Source: Ruditapes philippinarum (lineage: Eukaryota). From it: a stretch of 64,000 nt of DNA. The translations under genes and the position numbers were made by a program. Location of the stretch: NCBI RefSeq assembly GCF_026571515.1, contig NW_026855453.1, positions 1-64,000 of the forward strand. The letters are read 5' to 3'. This document shows, piece after piece, positions 52,045 through 64,000 of this stretch. Each line of letters starts with the position of its first letter. The stretch's first letter is position 1. Under the pieces are notes generated by a model. The model searched no databases. It had not been told where the DNA came from and was given only the letters and a program-made list of their open reading frames with translations.

Positions 52045-55000
52045 GAATCTACCGAGAAGCAGCTTAAAGTACTATTATGGAATATTCAAGGGATAAAGAA
52101 TAAGCTAGATGACCCAGATTTTTTGAACTTTGTAAACTCTTATGACTTACTTCTTTTGACAGAAACATGGAACTCAAAAATTGCTAATATTAATTTAGAA
52201 GGTTATGAATCTTTTGTATGTCCTCGTCCAAAAACTAACAAAAGAGCAAAACGCTTTAGTGGTGGCATCATTGTTTATTATAAACATGAATATGTGAACA
52301 AATTAGAACTTGTTCATTGAACGCCGCCTTTCCTTGTTGATCTTGTTTTTCATATTTTTTGTTGATTTAAATCATAAAGGTATTATATGGTTTAAATTAA
52401 ATGCTGAATGTTTCGGCTCTTTAAATGATTTATATTTTTGTACTTGTTACATTCCTCCTGAAGAGTCGACAGTTTACAAAAATGTTTCTTCGTGTCTATT
52501 TGAATTCGATTTCTTCGAACAATTAAATATTGATATACGTAAATATAGCTCTCCAGGTGACGTGTTCGTTACAGGTGACCTAAATTCAAGGACAGGTCAA
52601 CATGATGATTTTGTCAGGTGTATTAATCTTGACCGTTATGTAGATTTACCGTGCAGAAGTTATTCTTGTCTAGACATACCTGAACGTAAATCTTGTGATA
52701 ATCGTGTTAATCGTTTCGGTAAAAAGTTGTTATCTTTATGTAAGGAAAATGATGTTATTATTGTAAACGGCCGACTTGAGAATGGAGATTTCACTTGTTA
52801 CAATACTATTAGAAATCAAAATGCTGCAAGTGTTGTTGATTATATTATAACAAATATTAGTAATTTTCCACTAATTACTCAGATGGAAATCAATAGTCTT
52901 ACTGAATTCTCAGATCATTGTCCTATAACGTTTTCACTAAATGTTGAAAATGATTTTTTCTATAAAAACGATAACTTATCATATGATAAAATTATATGGG
53001 ATAATACAGACAAAGAAGAGTTATCAATGTTGTTGGATAACCATAAATATGTATTTGATGATTTAATAAGTAAATTAAGCTCTGATGATATTGATATTGA
53101 AACCTGTGTTAATCAATTTTCACAAGCTGTGTATGACATTTCATATAAGATACATGGTAGAACTATTACAGCTAACAAACCTAAACGAATAATAAAAAAA
53201 GCTCCTTGGTTTAATGAAGATTGCAGGCGGGCAAAATCATCTTTTCTTGACAAGAAAAGAGCATTTGGTTTAAATAAAGATGATAACAATAAAACTAACT
53301 TTCTTAACAGTAGGAAAGAATATTCAAAAGTGAAAAGGAATGCTAAGCGATCTTTTAATCTAAAAGAAAGGTCTAAACTCTGTAATATGAGTAAAAGCAG
53401 TCCACGTAAGTTTTGGAAACATATAAAAAAGTTCAATAAATATAATAAAGTAAATTCTAATGATGTGAGTCCTATGGACTTTTTAGAACATTTTAAAAAT
53501 ATTTCAAATACAGCTCATTGTGAGTTTATGCCTGAAAATATAAATTCTGATCAAAGTAACGAAATAAATATTGAATTGTTAGACAGCCCTTTTACAGCTG
53601 AAGAAATATCAAAAACTATTTCTACACTGAATAGGTATAAAAGTTGTGATATAAATAATAATGTTGCGGATTTTTTCATTGACTCTAACAACTTTATTGT
53701 GCCATATCTTGTTATTATATTTAATAAAATATTTGACTCCGGCTTATACCCGGAGTCGTGGTGTAAGGGTATTATAATACCAATACATAAAAAGGGGGAT
53801 ACTAGTAATCCGTCAAATTATAGGGGAATAACACTTGTAAACGTAATTGGTAAAATCTTTTCATTGCTGTTAAGAAACAGGTTGAATAAATGGTGTGAAC
53901 AATGTGATGTATTTAATGGATCACAATTTGGTTTTAGAGATAAGCATTCGACAACTGATTGTATATTCATTTTACATTCGATTATTCAAAAGGTTTTATC
54001 TAATAAGTCTAAATTATATTGTGCTTTTATCGATTATGAAAAAGCTTTTGATACTGTGATTAGGGATGCATTATGGGTTAAACTTTTAAAAACGGGTATA
54101 AGTTGTAAAATGATTAATATTATTAGGTCAATATATACGAATGTTAAATCATGTGTTAGATTGTCCCGAAACATGAAACTATCAGACTTCTTTGACGTCA
54201 CTGTGGGCTTAAAGCAAGGGGAACCACTCTCCCCATTACTTTTTATTTTGTTCATAAATGATATAAATGAAAGTCTTGATTTTAACCTGTTAACTGAAAA
54301 AGACTTAGATATGTTGAGTATGTATATGTTACTTTTTGCTGATGATATAGCTCTTTTTACCACTAGTCCTGATAGTCTTCAAGCACAACTAAACATGGTT
54401 CAAAATTATTCTACAAAATGGGGTCTTAAGATTAATGTTAAAAAGACAAAAATTTGTATTTTTGAGAAAAGAAAACAACCGTGTAATTATGTTTGGACAA
54501 TAAATGATGAAATTGTAGAAGTTGTTGATAATTTTACTTATCTTGGTGTAAATTTTACTTATACAGGTAATTTGAAAAATTCTGTTAAAAATTTATCAGA
54601 TCAAGCTCTCAAGGCTTATAATTCACTATTACAATTGTTTTATAGAGTGAACTTAGATATTAAAACTAAACTAGCTCTTTTTGATTCTATGGTTGTACCA
54701 ATAATTTTGTATTGCTCTGATGTATGGGGAATTTATGATTTTAAGGAGGTAGATAAACTTCATATCAAATTTTGTAAAATTGTTTTAGGTGTGAAACAAC
54801 AAACTCCAAATTCTGCGGTTTTTGGCGAGCTAGGAAGGTACCCTCTCTCCGTTATTAGTAAAGAGAGATCATTACAATACTGGCTAAAAATAATGAATAA
54901 TCAAAATTCACCAATGTATAAATTATATATTGAACATTGTAACACAAATAACAATAATTCATGGGCATCTAAGATTAAAACATTAGTAGATGATTTAGGA

Positions 55001-55516
55001 TGTAGTTATATTTATTTAACTTCCTGGGTCAATTACAACTTTGCACCTATTTTAAAGCAGAGGTTACGAGATCAATATGTACAAAAATGGCATGAATGTA
55101 TAGAAGACATGTCCAAATTGGAATATTATAGAATGTATAAACAATGTTTTGGTTTTGAAAAATATTTGGAATGTATTAATATAGATAAATTTAGAAAATG
55201 CATGACATGCTTTAGATTAAGTTCTCATAGTTTAGAAATTGAGGTTGGTAGATATCAAGGTATGCATAGAAATGAACGAATCTGTAAAGCTTGTAATACA
55301 AATTTAGTTGAATCGGAATATCACTTTTTGTTAACGTGCCCTATATATTCTGAAATAAGAACAAAATATTTAGGTAATTGTTCATGGCCTAGTAGGCAAA
55401 AATTTTCAAACATTATGTCCTGTAAGAGTAAGAATAAGTTATATAAAACTGCCAAATATTTGTATGAAGCATTTCAAATAAGGAAAAGATTTGTCGATGT
55501 AGAAGCTGCTTCTTAA
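52045..55516 (+). pseudogene. LINE ORF2 (AP endonuclease, reverse transcriptase, C-terminal Cys/His motif) broken by one 49-bp insertion
   Basis: EN motifs WNIQG, LTETW, GDLNSR, VDYII, SDHCP. RT motifs NYRGI, QFGFR, FIDYEKAFD, GLKQGEPLSP, FADD, YLG. Frameshift from the insertion at 52315-52363. Confidence 0.92.
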
Positions 55517-57641
55517 TCAGCATTATATAATTACACTTCACTATACTGTATATTTGTGACAATTTGTGTAGGTTATATGTATATTTATTATGTTCTAGCA
55601 CTGTATTATGTACTGTTTTATATGTTTATGTTGTCTTGGCCATATTCTTCACTTTGCAAATGTTAAATTGGCCAAAGGCATGTTATTATGCCGATTTGCT
55701 GAATAAACTGAAAACTGAAACTTAAATTTCCGCCGAAGCAGATAATGCTTATCTCTTACTTTACATTCTTAAGACAGTATCAATGATCCGCCTGTACTAC
55801 AAAGGCTCATTCTCCCACCTTTCGTTAGTTCGCAATTTATGTTTTCAAGCTCACGTAGGATCTCGTTGACTTTATGTGTGACTTGTCTAAAGAAGGCGAT
55901 TTCAATAACTCATCAACGGAGGTAATTAGTACAGACTGATACATTGTTTTGTTTGATTATTTGGGAAATATGGAAATAATTGGAAAGATAGAAGAAAACA
56001 TCTCCTGATTCAATATTGTGTATCTATGAATAACTTTTACTTGAATAATAAAAAAAAAAACATGTAAAGTGTTCAAGCAGTTAAATACAGTATGAAGTTT
56101 GATAGCAAGCAGATATGTCAATAATTACTCTAAGAAAGCACTATTATACATATGCATGTAAATCGTACTTATTACAGAAGTATTAAAAGCAGCCTGCAGA
56201 GGTCCAACTTTTTTTAATCTATGGTGGACTATGATGGATGTGCTCCTGTCCTTCCCTATTCAATTATCTTAGAAACGCTTAATTAGAATTTCCATAAGAC
56301 ATTTGGAAAGTATATAATTTACGATAATTAATAGACAGATGCGTTACTTTATGGTATTGTTAATTCATTTAGCTGAAAAACTTTTCAGGTTATAATATTC
56401 AATTTTCTTTGAATAGTGATTCAATATTTCTGCATCACTTTTATGATATGGTGTCCCTTTTGTCATTTGACAGCAGTTTTTTTATATTAATAGGAAATAC
56501 TCAATACCTCTGATGTTGTCTAATTTAGCTTATCAAAATATTGATGTTTAACTTCTCTTTCTATTTATTTCTTTTGGGGGTGGGAATGAATGGTATACAG
56601 CACATATTATGGAATTTAAAATTCAAATTACATGATCATCAATACATAAACATATATGCAGATGTTTAAAAACACATGTTATGTACCGACGATTGATGAT
56701 TATACTCAAATATTCAATTATGTTTTAAGTTTTAACCGGCACCAACGAACTCATGTATTATCGAACTGCCACTGGTCATGTGCCAATTTTTTATGTTTTT
56801 TTTTCTTTTGCACTAATTCATCAAATCAAAGATTTACAACAAGAAAGAAAACAGATGTCATTACCTGCTTTTCGAGTATTTATTTATTGATTGTTCATTT
56901 TTTGATACAACGATATGTGACATACAATATATATCAATTAAATATAATGTGTATTAACCTTTGAATAACAAATATAACAGTTAAATGAAAGTTAAAAAAT
57001 CTAATCCCTCGGAAGCATTAATCACAACTAAATTACAAGAGAATTGCAGACTCAGTTTGAGTCTGTACATGAGGGATAATGAAAACGTACAACATCCCTC
57101 ATGCCCCCTAGCACCGGCTTGAGCGGTACTCAATTCTCAACACTTAATAGTGCTGACATCAATGATCCCGAAGGAACAAAAAAATATAACAACACTGAAC
57201 TGAAGTGAAGTACGGGGCAACTTTTTTGCAGCTGCCACACAGCACTTGACATCTGCTGTTGTGAAGTATAAAAATCTGGAAACAGAGTGAGTTAAGTTTG
57301 TTTTTATCTTATTTTATCAACATCTCCTCTATACAACTTTGTTGTCAAGTTAAGTCAAAATGTGTAAAGCATCCCATAGAGAAGATAAGATATTTATGAG
57401 TTCAAAAATGTGTTTATTAACCTACATTGCTGCTTCTATTGTACAATCTTATATTGGAAGTGGTAAAGATTAAAAGAGTGTCATGTAATTAAATCAATTA
57501 ACAATTAAGATTCATTATAAAAGTCATTGTCATTTTCATATTTTACAAGCCCAAAATGTCAACTTGAACTACAAGACACCTTTACAGTTATGTATGTGTT
57601 CTTTCGGGTTGCTTGTGCTGAAATAAGCTGTGAAAGTTAAA

Positions 57642-58598
57642 TCATTGCTCGGAATCGGAACTATCATTTATTGGGTCAGAAATATTTTCCACATCAACAG
57701 AATCATGATCTATTGAGAGTCGTCTATAATGACTTCTTCTTATTCTTGGTTCTCCCTGTACAAGTGTTACAGATAAGCCTTCGTTTTCAATTAAGAAATT
57801 TGCTGGTAATTCACCATAAGGTCTCATTTCTACTTTTATAACATCGTTGATTTCTTCATAATTTGTGCTATTAGAACTTGCAACGGCACCCTCTAGTTCC
57901 TTGCTATTGACTTCGCTTTCCTTGTTCGGTCTACTAGAACTATCCACGATATTTTTTTGGAAAGAACTTTTTTGCTCTTCAGTATTAACAAAATCAAAAA
58001 TTTTCTGAAACCATTTCTTGACCAGCCAGAGTTTACGGTTATCTAAAGCATAAAGTTTACCTCTTCTTTGGACGACTTTCAGCACTGGTATTTTAAAAGG
58101 TTTTGTCGAACTGAATCTTTCGAATTCCTCTTCAATTGTGGAACGTTGATCAAGTCCGCCCGATCTAGTTAATCGAAAAAGTTTGTCAGTGCTGTAACAA
58201 ATCTTTGACAACGATATGTATTTTATATTCGGGAATGTTTTAGTCGCTCCTTGATGACGTAATTTGATATCCTCACCCTCTGTTGTTGTAGTCATTCCTC
58301 TAGTTTCCAAACAGTCTGATGTTCCGAATATTACAGGTACTTTTAATAAAACGTTTTCTTTTTCTTTCAAGTAGTTTGCATATTGTTGAAACACCCACAG
58401 TCGCCTGTTATCAAGAGAAAAATAAACTTCATCTCTTTTGACAACTGTTATTTTTGGTATCTTGTCCACATCATAGCGTTTATGGTGAAGATTGTCCAGT
58501 GTGTCCCTTAAACGTGTACCGTCATCGAATGTATCATGAATTTCATCTTGTGTGTATCGTATAAACCTCACTTCTAATTCTTTTCTGTGTCTAGACAT
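57642..58598 (-). CDS. Tandem ParB/Sulfiredoxin-like domain protein, paralog 2 (318 aa)
   Basis: IRYTQDEI..TFDDG...IPKITVV...YFSLDNRRLWVF, then a second repeat ICYSTD...IPVLKVV...LYALDNRKLW. Acceptor ttttattctacAG at 58614-58613, 14 nt upstream of the ATG. Confidence 0.8.
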   Translation of the reverse strand: MSRHRKELEVRFIRYTQDEIHDTFDDGTRLRDTLDNLHHKRYDVDKIPKITVVKRDEVYFSLDNRRLWVFQQYANYLKEKENVLLKVPVIFGTSDCLETRGMTTTTEGEDIKLRHQGATKTFPNIKYISLSKICYSTDKLFRLTRSGGLDQRSTIEEEFERFSSTKPFKIPVLKVVQRRGKLYALDNRKLWLVKKWFQKIFDFVNTEEQKSSFQKNIVDSSSRPNKESEVNSKELEGAVASSNSTNYEEINDVIKVEMRPYGELPANFLIENEGLSVTLVQGEPRIRRSHYRRLSIDHDSVDVENISDPINDSSDSEQ

Positions 58599-60169
58599 AC
58601 TTTACTCTTGATCTGTAGAATAAAAGTGTGCTTCATTTTAAGCCTATATCAAAAATGTAAAATTAATCTTGCATAATTTTTCATATAAAATGTATGACAT
58701 AACAGTGATATCATAAATACATGTAATACGAGGGATGATAAAAAATTAACCGGACTTTGTAGATGATTATTTACCTGTTGAATGCATTTACACAAAAATA
58801 CACGGAACAAAAACCGGAATCTATGCCCAAAATGATACAAAAATACTAACAAGAAATATTCTCAAATAAAAAAGTTATGCTGTTATTGGCATGTACATGT
58901 ATAGCAATGCGGCGCACGGTATAACTTTAAAATTGACGTTAACGACGTCAGAAGTGTATTGTCTTTAACGGAGCATCTTTTTACTTATTAATGAAGTAGG
59001 CCAATATGTCTTCCACATGTTGTTGACGGTGGCGGATTCATTGCCTATATATATTTATGTTCAAGTCGGTATCATATTTGTATTGTAATAGAATGGATGA
59101 TGATAAGGAGCTTCTGAAATGACGCAAATTACCGTTATTTCCTTCGGTAAACTTCATTGCTGGACAAATCGCACATGCAATAAACTACACTGGTCTTACA
59201 TTAATGTAATGTTGCTCAATGATAATGTATAATTAATGCGAGAAAATAAAAGAATAATACAACTTACAACAAAATTGCCATTATTTTAAAATAAATAAAA
59301 TGCATAGCCGATTTTGAACTGTGTCTGTGAAACTGTTGACACAATTTCCCCGTAAGATTATTATGTAAAATAATAAATTAATTTATACAATTGTGAACCA
59401 AAGAATATAATATATGTCATTAATGCATTGCCAATTATAATTTTAAAATTCTTTGCAATAGTTGACTGCACCGTCTTGTAGCTACTGTCGTAGATCGTTG
59501 ACAGGCGGCTGCCATGTTTCAACGTCTCGGCGATTGACGTCACCAACGTCCTTGGAAATATCTTCTTTTTGCTTCTCCCTTACTTGTTTTCCATTTCAAT
59601 ATTAAACTTTCTTAATCGTTTGTGCTAATGAAAAACTATGTTGTGGCTTCCAGGGACATTTACCTTTATAGTCACTAAATTTTCATACGTTTGAAACTGT
59701 TTCTCGCATTAGTTTTGACAAACTTTTCTTATTGGTCGATTTTCTAGACGTTCCGACGACATAATTTTAACAAGAGTATTTCTTTAACAAGTGACGTTTA
59801 AATTGTGATTGCAAATATAGATATGGCTCAAATGAAGTCATTTTTTCTGCCAACGTCAAAGGTATATTTCATGACGTTTTGGCGTATTTTAAAATCTAAA
59901 TGTGTCATATTGTAAAATATACGCATCATAAAGCGCCTGGTGTCAGCGCAAATTAACGCACTGCGCCGGGTGTGCGTTACCATGGTTTTTAAATTTGCTG
60001 TTATGGACAAGCTATTTGCGTTATCAGATTAGGTATAGCACCAGTTTACAGGTATTATTTTCCGAATAAGTTTGATATACAACAATAAGTGTTAGGTTGA
60101 AAATTCTTAAATTGACAGTCCCAGTCCGGTTTATTTTTGATCATCCCTCGTAGAAATAATAGATTGATC

Positions 60170-60730
60170 ATTAATCATAGAAATAACATGCACATCATAA
60201 ATTATAGAAAGAATAGGTACATGTTTATCATATATCATAAACAATGTATATCATAAATTGAAGACAAAATATGAATATCATCAAATCAGAGAATGAATTC
60301 AAAAATCATAAAAAATAGATTTATCATAAATTTAAGACAGAATGAATATGAATATCATAAGTTATGATATTCGATTGTCTGTCTACGATCAAAGAAAGAA
60401 TATTAATATCATAAATCATAGAAAGAATAGGTTTGTCAAAAATCGAAAAAGCAATAGGTTTGTCATAAAGATAATAAGTATGTCATAAATCATTGACAGA
60501 ATATGAACTTCATCAATCGAAGAAAGAATAGGTTTATCATAAATCATAGATGGAACAGGTATAATTATCAAAAATCCTTGACAGAAAATGATCATCCAAA
60601 ACCATAAGATAATATCATAAATCATAGAAAGAATATGTATATCATGAATCATAAACAGATTATGAATTTCATTAATCATAGGAAGAATATGAATATCATA
60701 AATAATACAACGGAAAGGTATATCATAAAA
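60170..60730. repeat. Degenerate AT-rich minisatellite
   Basis: Recurring atcataaatcatagaaagaata-type units of about 25-30 bp. Confidence 0.7.
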
Positions 60731-62129
60731 TATGATGAACACAATCAACAAGTAAGGGCGACGTTCAATAAACGCAACCCTAACAGGACCCAGCAACACA
60801 GGACCAGCACGGACGAGACAATCATTTTAATAATAAATAGTAGGAAATAATAGTAACCGATAAGGTAATTAAAGATTTATTAATAGGCCCACAAAGTAAA
60901 TGGGGAAGGCAACTCGAGATTCGTGGAAGGGAAGGGCAAAATTAAAAAATAAAACAATGGGCAAAAAGGAAGATACATCATAGACAGAATATGTATATAA
61001 TGGCTAATAGACAATTCAGGAGAGTAGCTTCCTAAAGATTATGAAGGCCAAACCTACACTTTCTTAAGCAAAGTAGAAAATGAGTGTTTTTTTTCCATAA
61101 CTGCAATTCTTATTATCCATTGAACGCATCAATTTGTGTTTAATGTCTGAACAACAATATCAAAACACATCTCCGTGAAGCAAGATTAGAGGAGTATGCC
61201 TTATTCACCAAACCCGAACCCTTCCTGGTAGCATAGCAATTGTCATAATGTACTTACTATATAAAGATGACTAAAATGTTTTAAATGTTTAATATACAAG
61301 CCTGTCGAAACTGAAATTTGTGTTTATATCACATATATATTACATCTTAAAATCACCTAGAACATTGTATAAGTCCACTAATACCTACCTTTCTATAAAT
61401 GACTTTCCAGTATCCAAATCGAAACTAAGCCTAACAACTTTGTCATGTTTTCAGAAAAACTATTTTTGGATAATGTGAGTGCACGGTTATTTCCGAAATA
61501 TTTATACATGTCTACATGAAATATCAAGCAAGCACGATCTGCAAATTTTGGCATGCTTTTTTCAACTTGCAATTGAATCTTACATTTGTCTATTAATAGA
61601 TAAATTTTAAGATGGAAAACCAGTTACAAACTTTGAAAAATATTAACTGCAAATGAAATTGGCATGTTTAGAAAAAATGTATGATAAAAACAAAAATATC
61701 ATAATTTTCGTCAAAGGCATTTATAAATATTCATTTGATTTGAACCATAAGCGAAAAATTCAATCTATGAATTATTAAACATTGATGTTTGTAAGAATTA
61801 ATTTCCGCATCGGTTTTTCAAAAACCCAAGTCTATAAATAGCTCTAAGGCAGACGAAACCTGATTGTTTTTGCTTTAGATATTTTAGGCAAATATATAGT
61901 AAGGAGATTATGACAAATTATTGTGCTAATGATGTGAAATGTTTTTGAGATATGTTAAAAAATCTTTAGATAAATTATTTAAATATCTATCGAAACACAT
62001 CATATTCGCCTTTGATAATTTGTTTACATATTACACTATAAAGACTAGATAATAAATTAAACATTGAATAGAATGTAGTACTCAATAACTTAGAAATAAC
62101 TTTTCCATTTTTACAATATTGGATAATAA

Positions 62130-62760
62130 ATAGAACAGAACAGAAACCTTATTTCGTAACTTATACAACACAGTATCTTGCTACACTACACATATAAGAT
62201 ATGATAAATAACTAAGCACATGATATAATTCAAAGTATGTACTAAAATAAATATATATTTCTGAAGAAAAAAAGAGAATACATATAAATTAAATGTATAT
62301 CAAAATAATCATATTTTATTATTACATATAACAGCATAAGCATGAACTGAACACCTTTAATATGAAAAACGTTTATGACATTAAATGTTAAAAAACGTAT
62401 TCACGACGTTTATAAATACTATTTGCAAAATAGATAAATTTACATAAATTTTAAAGTACAGACTTTCCGCATGACTGAAGTAATTCTATGAACTTATACA
62501 TACTAGGTCTTATAAAGATATATATTTTAGTGAATTTAGTACGGATTTCCTGGTACAGACTACAAACAAGTATAGAATGAAATTTGTCTCCAATATTTTG
62601 TGTATTACAAAGCTGACAAGCTCATGTCGTTCAAGTCTGTTTCTACCCTACATTCTAGAATCTTTTCTTAAAATTATGCGCAAATATTCTCAGAAGAATT
62701 ATGAATAAATTGATAATAATAAGAAACAAATTGATTGATATGCAAATACAAAGTATTCAA
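62130..62760 (-). mobile_element. Degenerate LINE 3' fragment
   Basis: The minus strand encodes CQLCNTQNIGDKFHSILVC. Short ttctg repeat tail near 62130-62146. Confidence 0.7.
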
Positions 62761-62995
62761 AACGTTGTTATTAACAGTGTCTGAAAACAACATGTTTATA
62801 AGAATTAATTACTTTTTTTTTGAAAAATGAAACAAATTCTATGAATTTCATACCTCAAGCAAACCTAATTCATCTAAACTTTCTTAAACTTTAAGCGCAT
62901 TTTTTTTACCCTTTTTACACTGCTTTAAATTAATTGTATTCACACATTTCACAATATTATTAGAATTTAGCACATTAAACCAATATTTCAATATA

Positions 62996-64000
62996 CGAGG
63001 GGTGTTCAAATGTGAATGCAACAAGGCTAATATCTCGCTTTTAACCACGTTTTGCACAAACTATGTACATGCATCGCATAGTTCGCTGTGTTAGCTCTCA
63101 ATTGATATAATACATGTGTAAATCAGTTCAGTCTAGCTTTGACACTAGCTCGATTAACGCTATCTACTCGTGTATACTAAAGCTAAAATGGTTGGGAAAA
63201 GATATTCTTTCACTGACCAAATATTGTCATATATCGAGAATCGCTGTATTCTTGGTATACAGGCGTCGTGTTTATGGATCTATTTCATCTGTCACAAGGT
63301 TGTGTAAGAAATGTAAAAGAGGTGTGGATTCAGTAAAAGATGCACCTCAGGCACGCCGTACGAAAACTGCAATAGAGGATTTGATTGCTACTGATGAAAG
63401 ATTTATAATTAGGTATCTCTGTAGGAGCCGCTGATGCAATTCTCCGACATTATTTAAAAATGAGAATGATAAGTGCCAGATGGATAGCCCAGCTCCTTAC
63501 AAAAGAGCAAACACTTGCTCATGTAAGAATCTCATAACAATTGTTGAAACACTTCCCTTAATACAACAATCCATCTTTCAAAAATATTTTCACTGTGGGA
63601 CTGCCAAAGCGAAAGATACATAACAAAATATGGGCAACCAAAGGAAGTCAAAGACCTTGCATAGCAAAACGCACCATGAGAGTCGAAAAAGCAATGTATG
63701 TAATTTTTTTACCAATCAAGGTCCTGCTATTCAAATTGCCGTGCCAAAGGATAAATCTGCAAATGCCAAGTTTTACAAAGTCAAGGTCCTTTATCAATTA
63801 AAGTAACAATTCAAAAACCGTCGACCAGCAACTGGTCTCCGTGGTGTCAAGGTGTTACATGACAATGCTTTGTCACACTAAGCGGCCATTGTACGAGAAT
63901 ATCTGAAACAGGAAAACGTTGTCGAGCTTCCTCAACCTCCTTGTTTGCTAGATCTTGCCCTCGTGACTTTTTTCCTTTTTCCGAGGCTCAAAGAACACTT
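62996..64000 (+). mobile_element. Decayed Tc1/mariner transposon (runs off the window)
   Basis: TA|CGAGGGGTG terminus. Frameshifted motifs ISARWIAQLLT (WVPHEL), LHDNA and LPQPP..LDLA...FFLFPRLK (YSPDLAP). Confidence 0.85.

Larger units (their letters stand above)
51370..55721 (+). mobile_element. LINE retrotransposon (APE-RT type, RTE-X/CR1-like), degraded at the 5' end
   Basis: ORF1 plus ORF2, then a 3' UTR with AATAAA (55702) and a short aaactg repeat tail to 55721. 5' boundary approximate. Confidence 0.92.

Noticed and set aside
53113-54363. Antisense ORFs within the LINE (and those within the sulfotransferase at 37098-37776)
   Set aside because: Shadow ORFs of real coding sequence on the other strand.
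52310-55516. The 1068-aa ORF with a hydrophobic N-terminus as a signal-peptide protein
   Set aside because: The apparent hydrophobic leader is translated from the 49-bp insertion; the true ORF2 begins upstream in another frame.
39231-58598. Identical 318-aa length of both ParB-like paralogs as meaningful, or the genes as bacterial contamination
   Set aside because: Indels differ and offset each other, so the equal length is probably coincidence. Spliceosomal acceptors and flanking animal TEs argue against contamination.
60416-60850. 127-aa and 71-aa ORFs
   Set aside because: Translations of an AT-rich minisatellite.

Overview
AT-rich, intron-containing animal genomic DNA. The repeat families suggest a bivalve mollusc (inference). 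Most short ORFs in the supplied track are spurious, so I rebuilt spliced genes by hand from GT/AG sites and exon phases. Genes found: (1) a 6-exon minus-strand type II membrane BRICHOS precursor (9624-6706) whose last exon encodes, after a KR site, a 62-aa peptide with 8 Cys, 13 Tyr and net charge +12, a candidate new BRICHOS-chaperoned antimicrobial peptide; (2) three small orphan membrane-protein genes (21028-28700): two glycine-zipper paralogs with identical exon architecture flanking an opposite-strand signal-anchored helical protein that has NF-kB sites in its promoter; (3) a 3-exon CHST1-like Golgi sulfotransferase (35296-38033); (4) two paralogous genes with uninterrupted CDS (40187-39231 and 58598-57642) encoding tandem ParB/Sulfiredoxin-like 'DNRRL' domains. 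Mobile DNA: a complete 2.66-kb LTR element with a zinc-knuckle/coiled-coil ORF and no pol; a near-intact RTE-X/CR1-like LINE whose ORF1 and ORF2 are in frame across a single TAG; a decayed mariner; Helentron-type elements with internal satellites; palindromic MITEs; tRNA-derived SINEs; and hairpin-ended elements. No database searches were run, so family assignments come from motif recognition.
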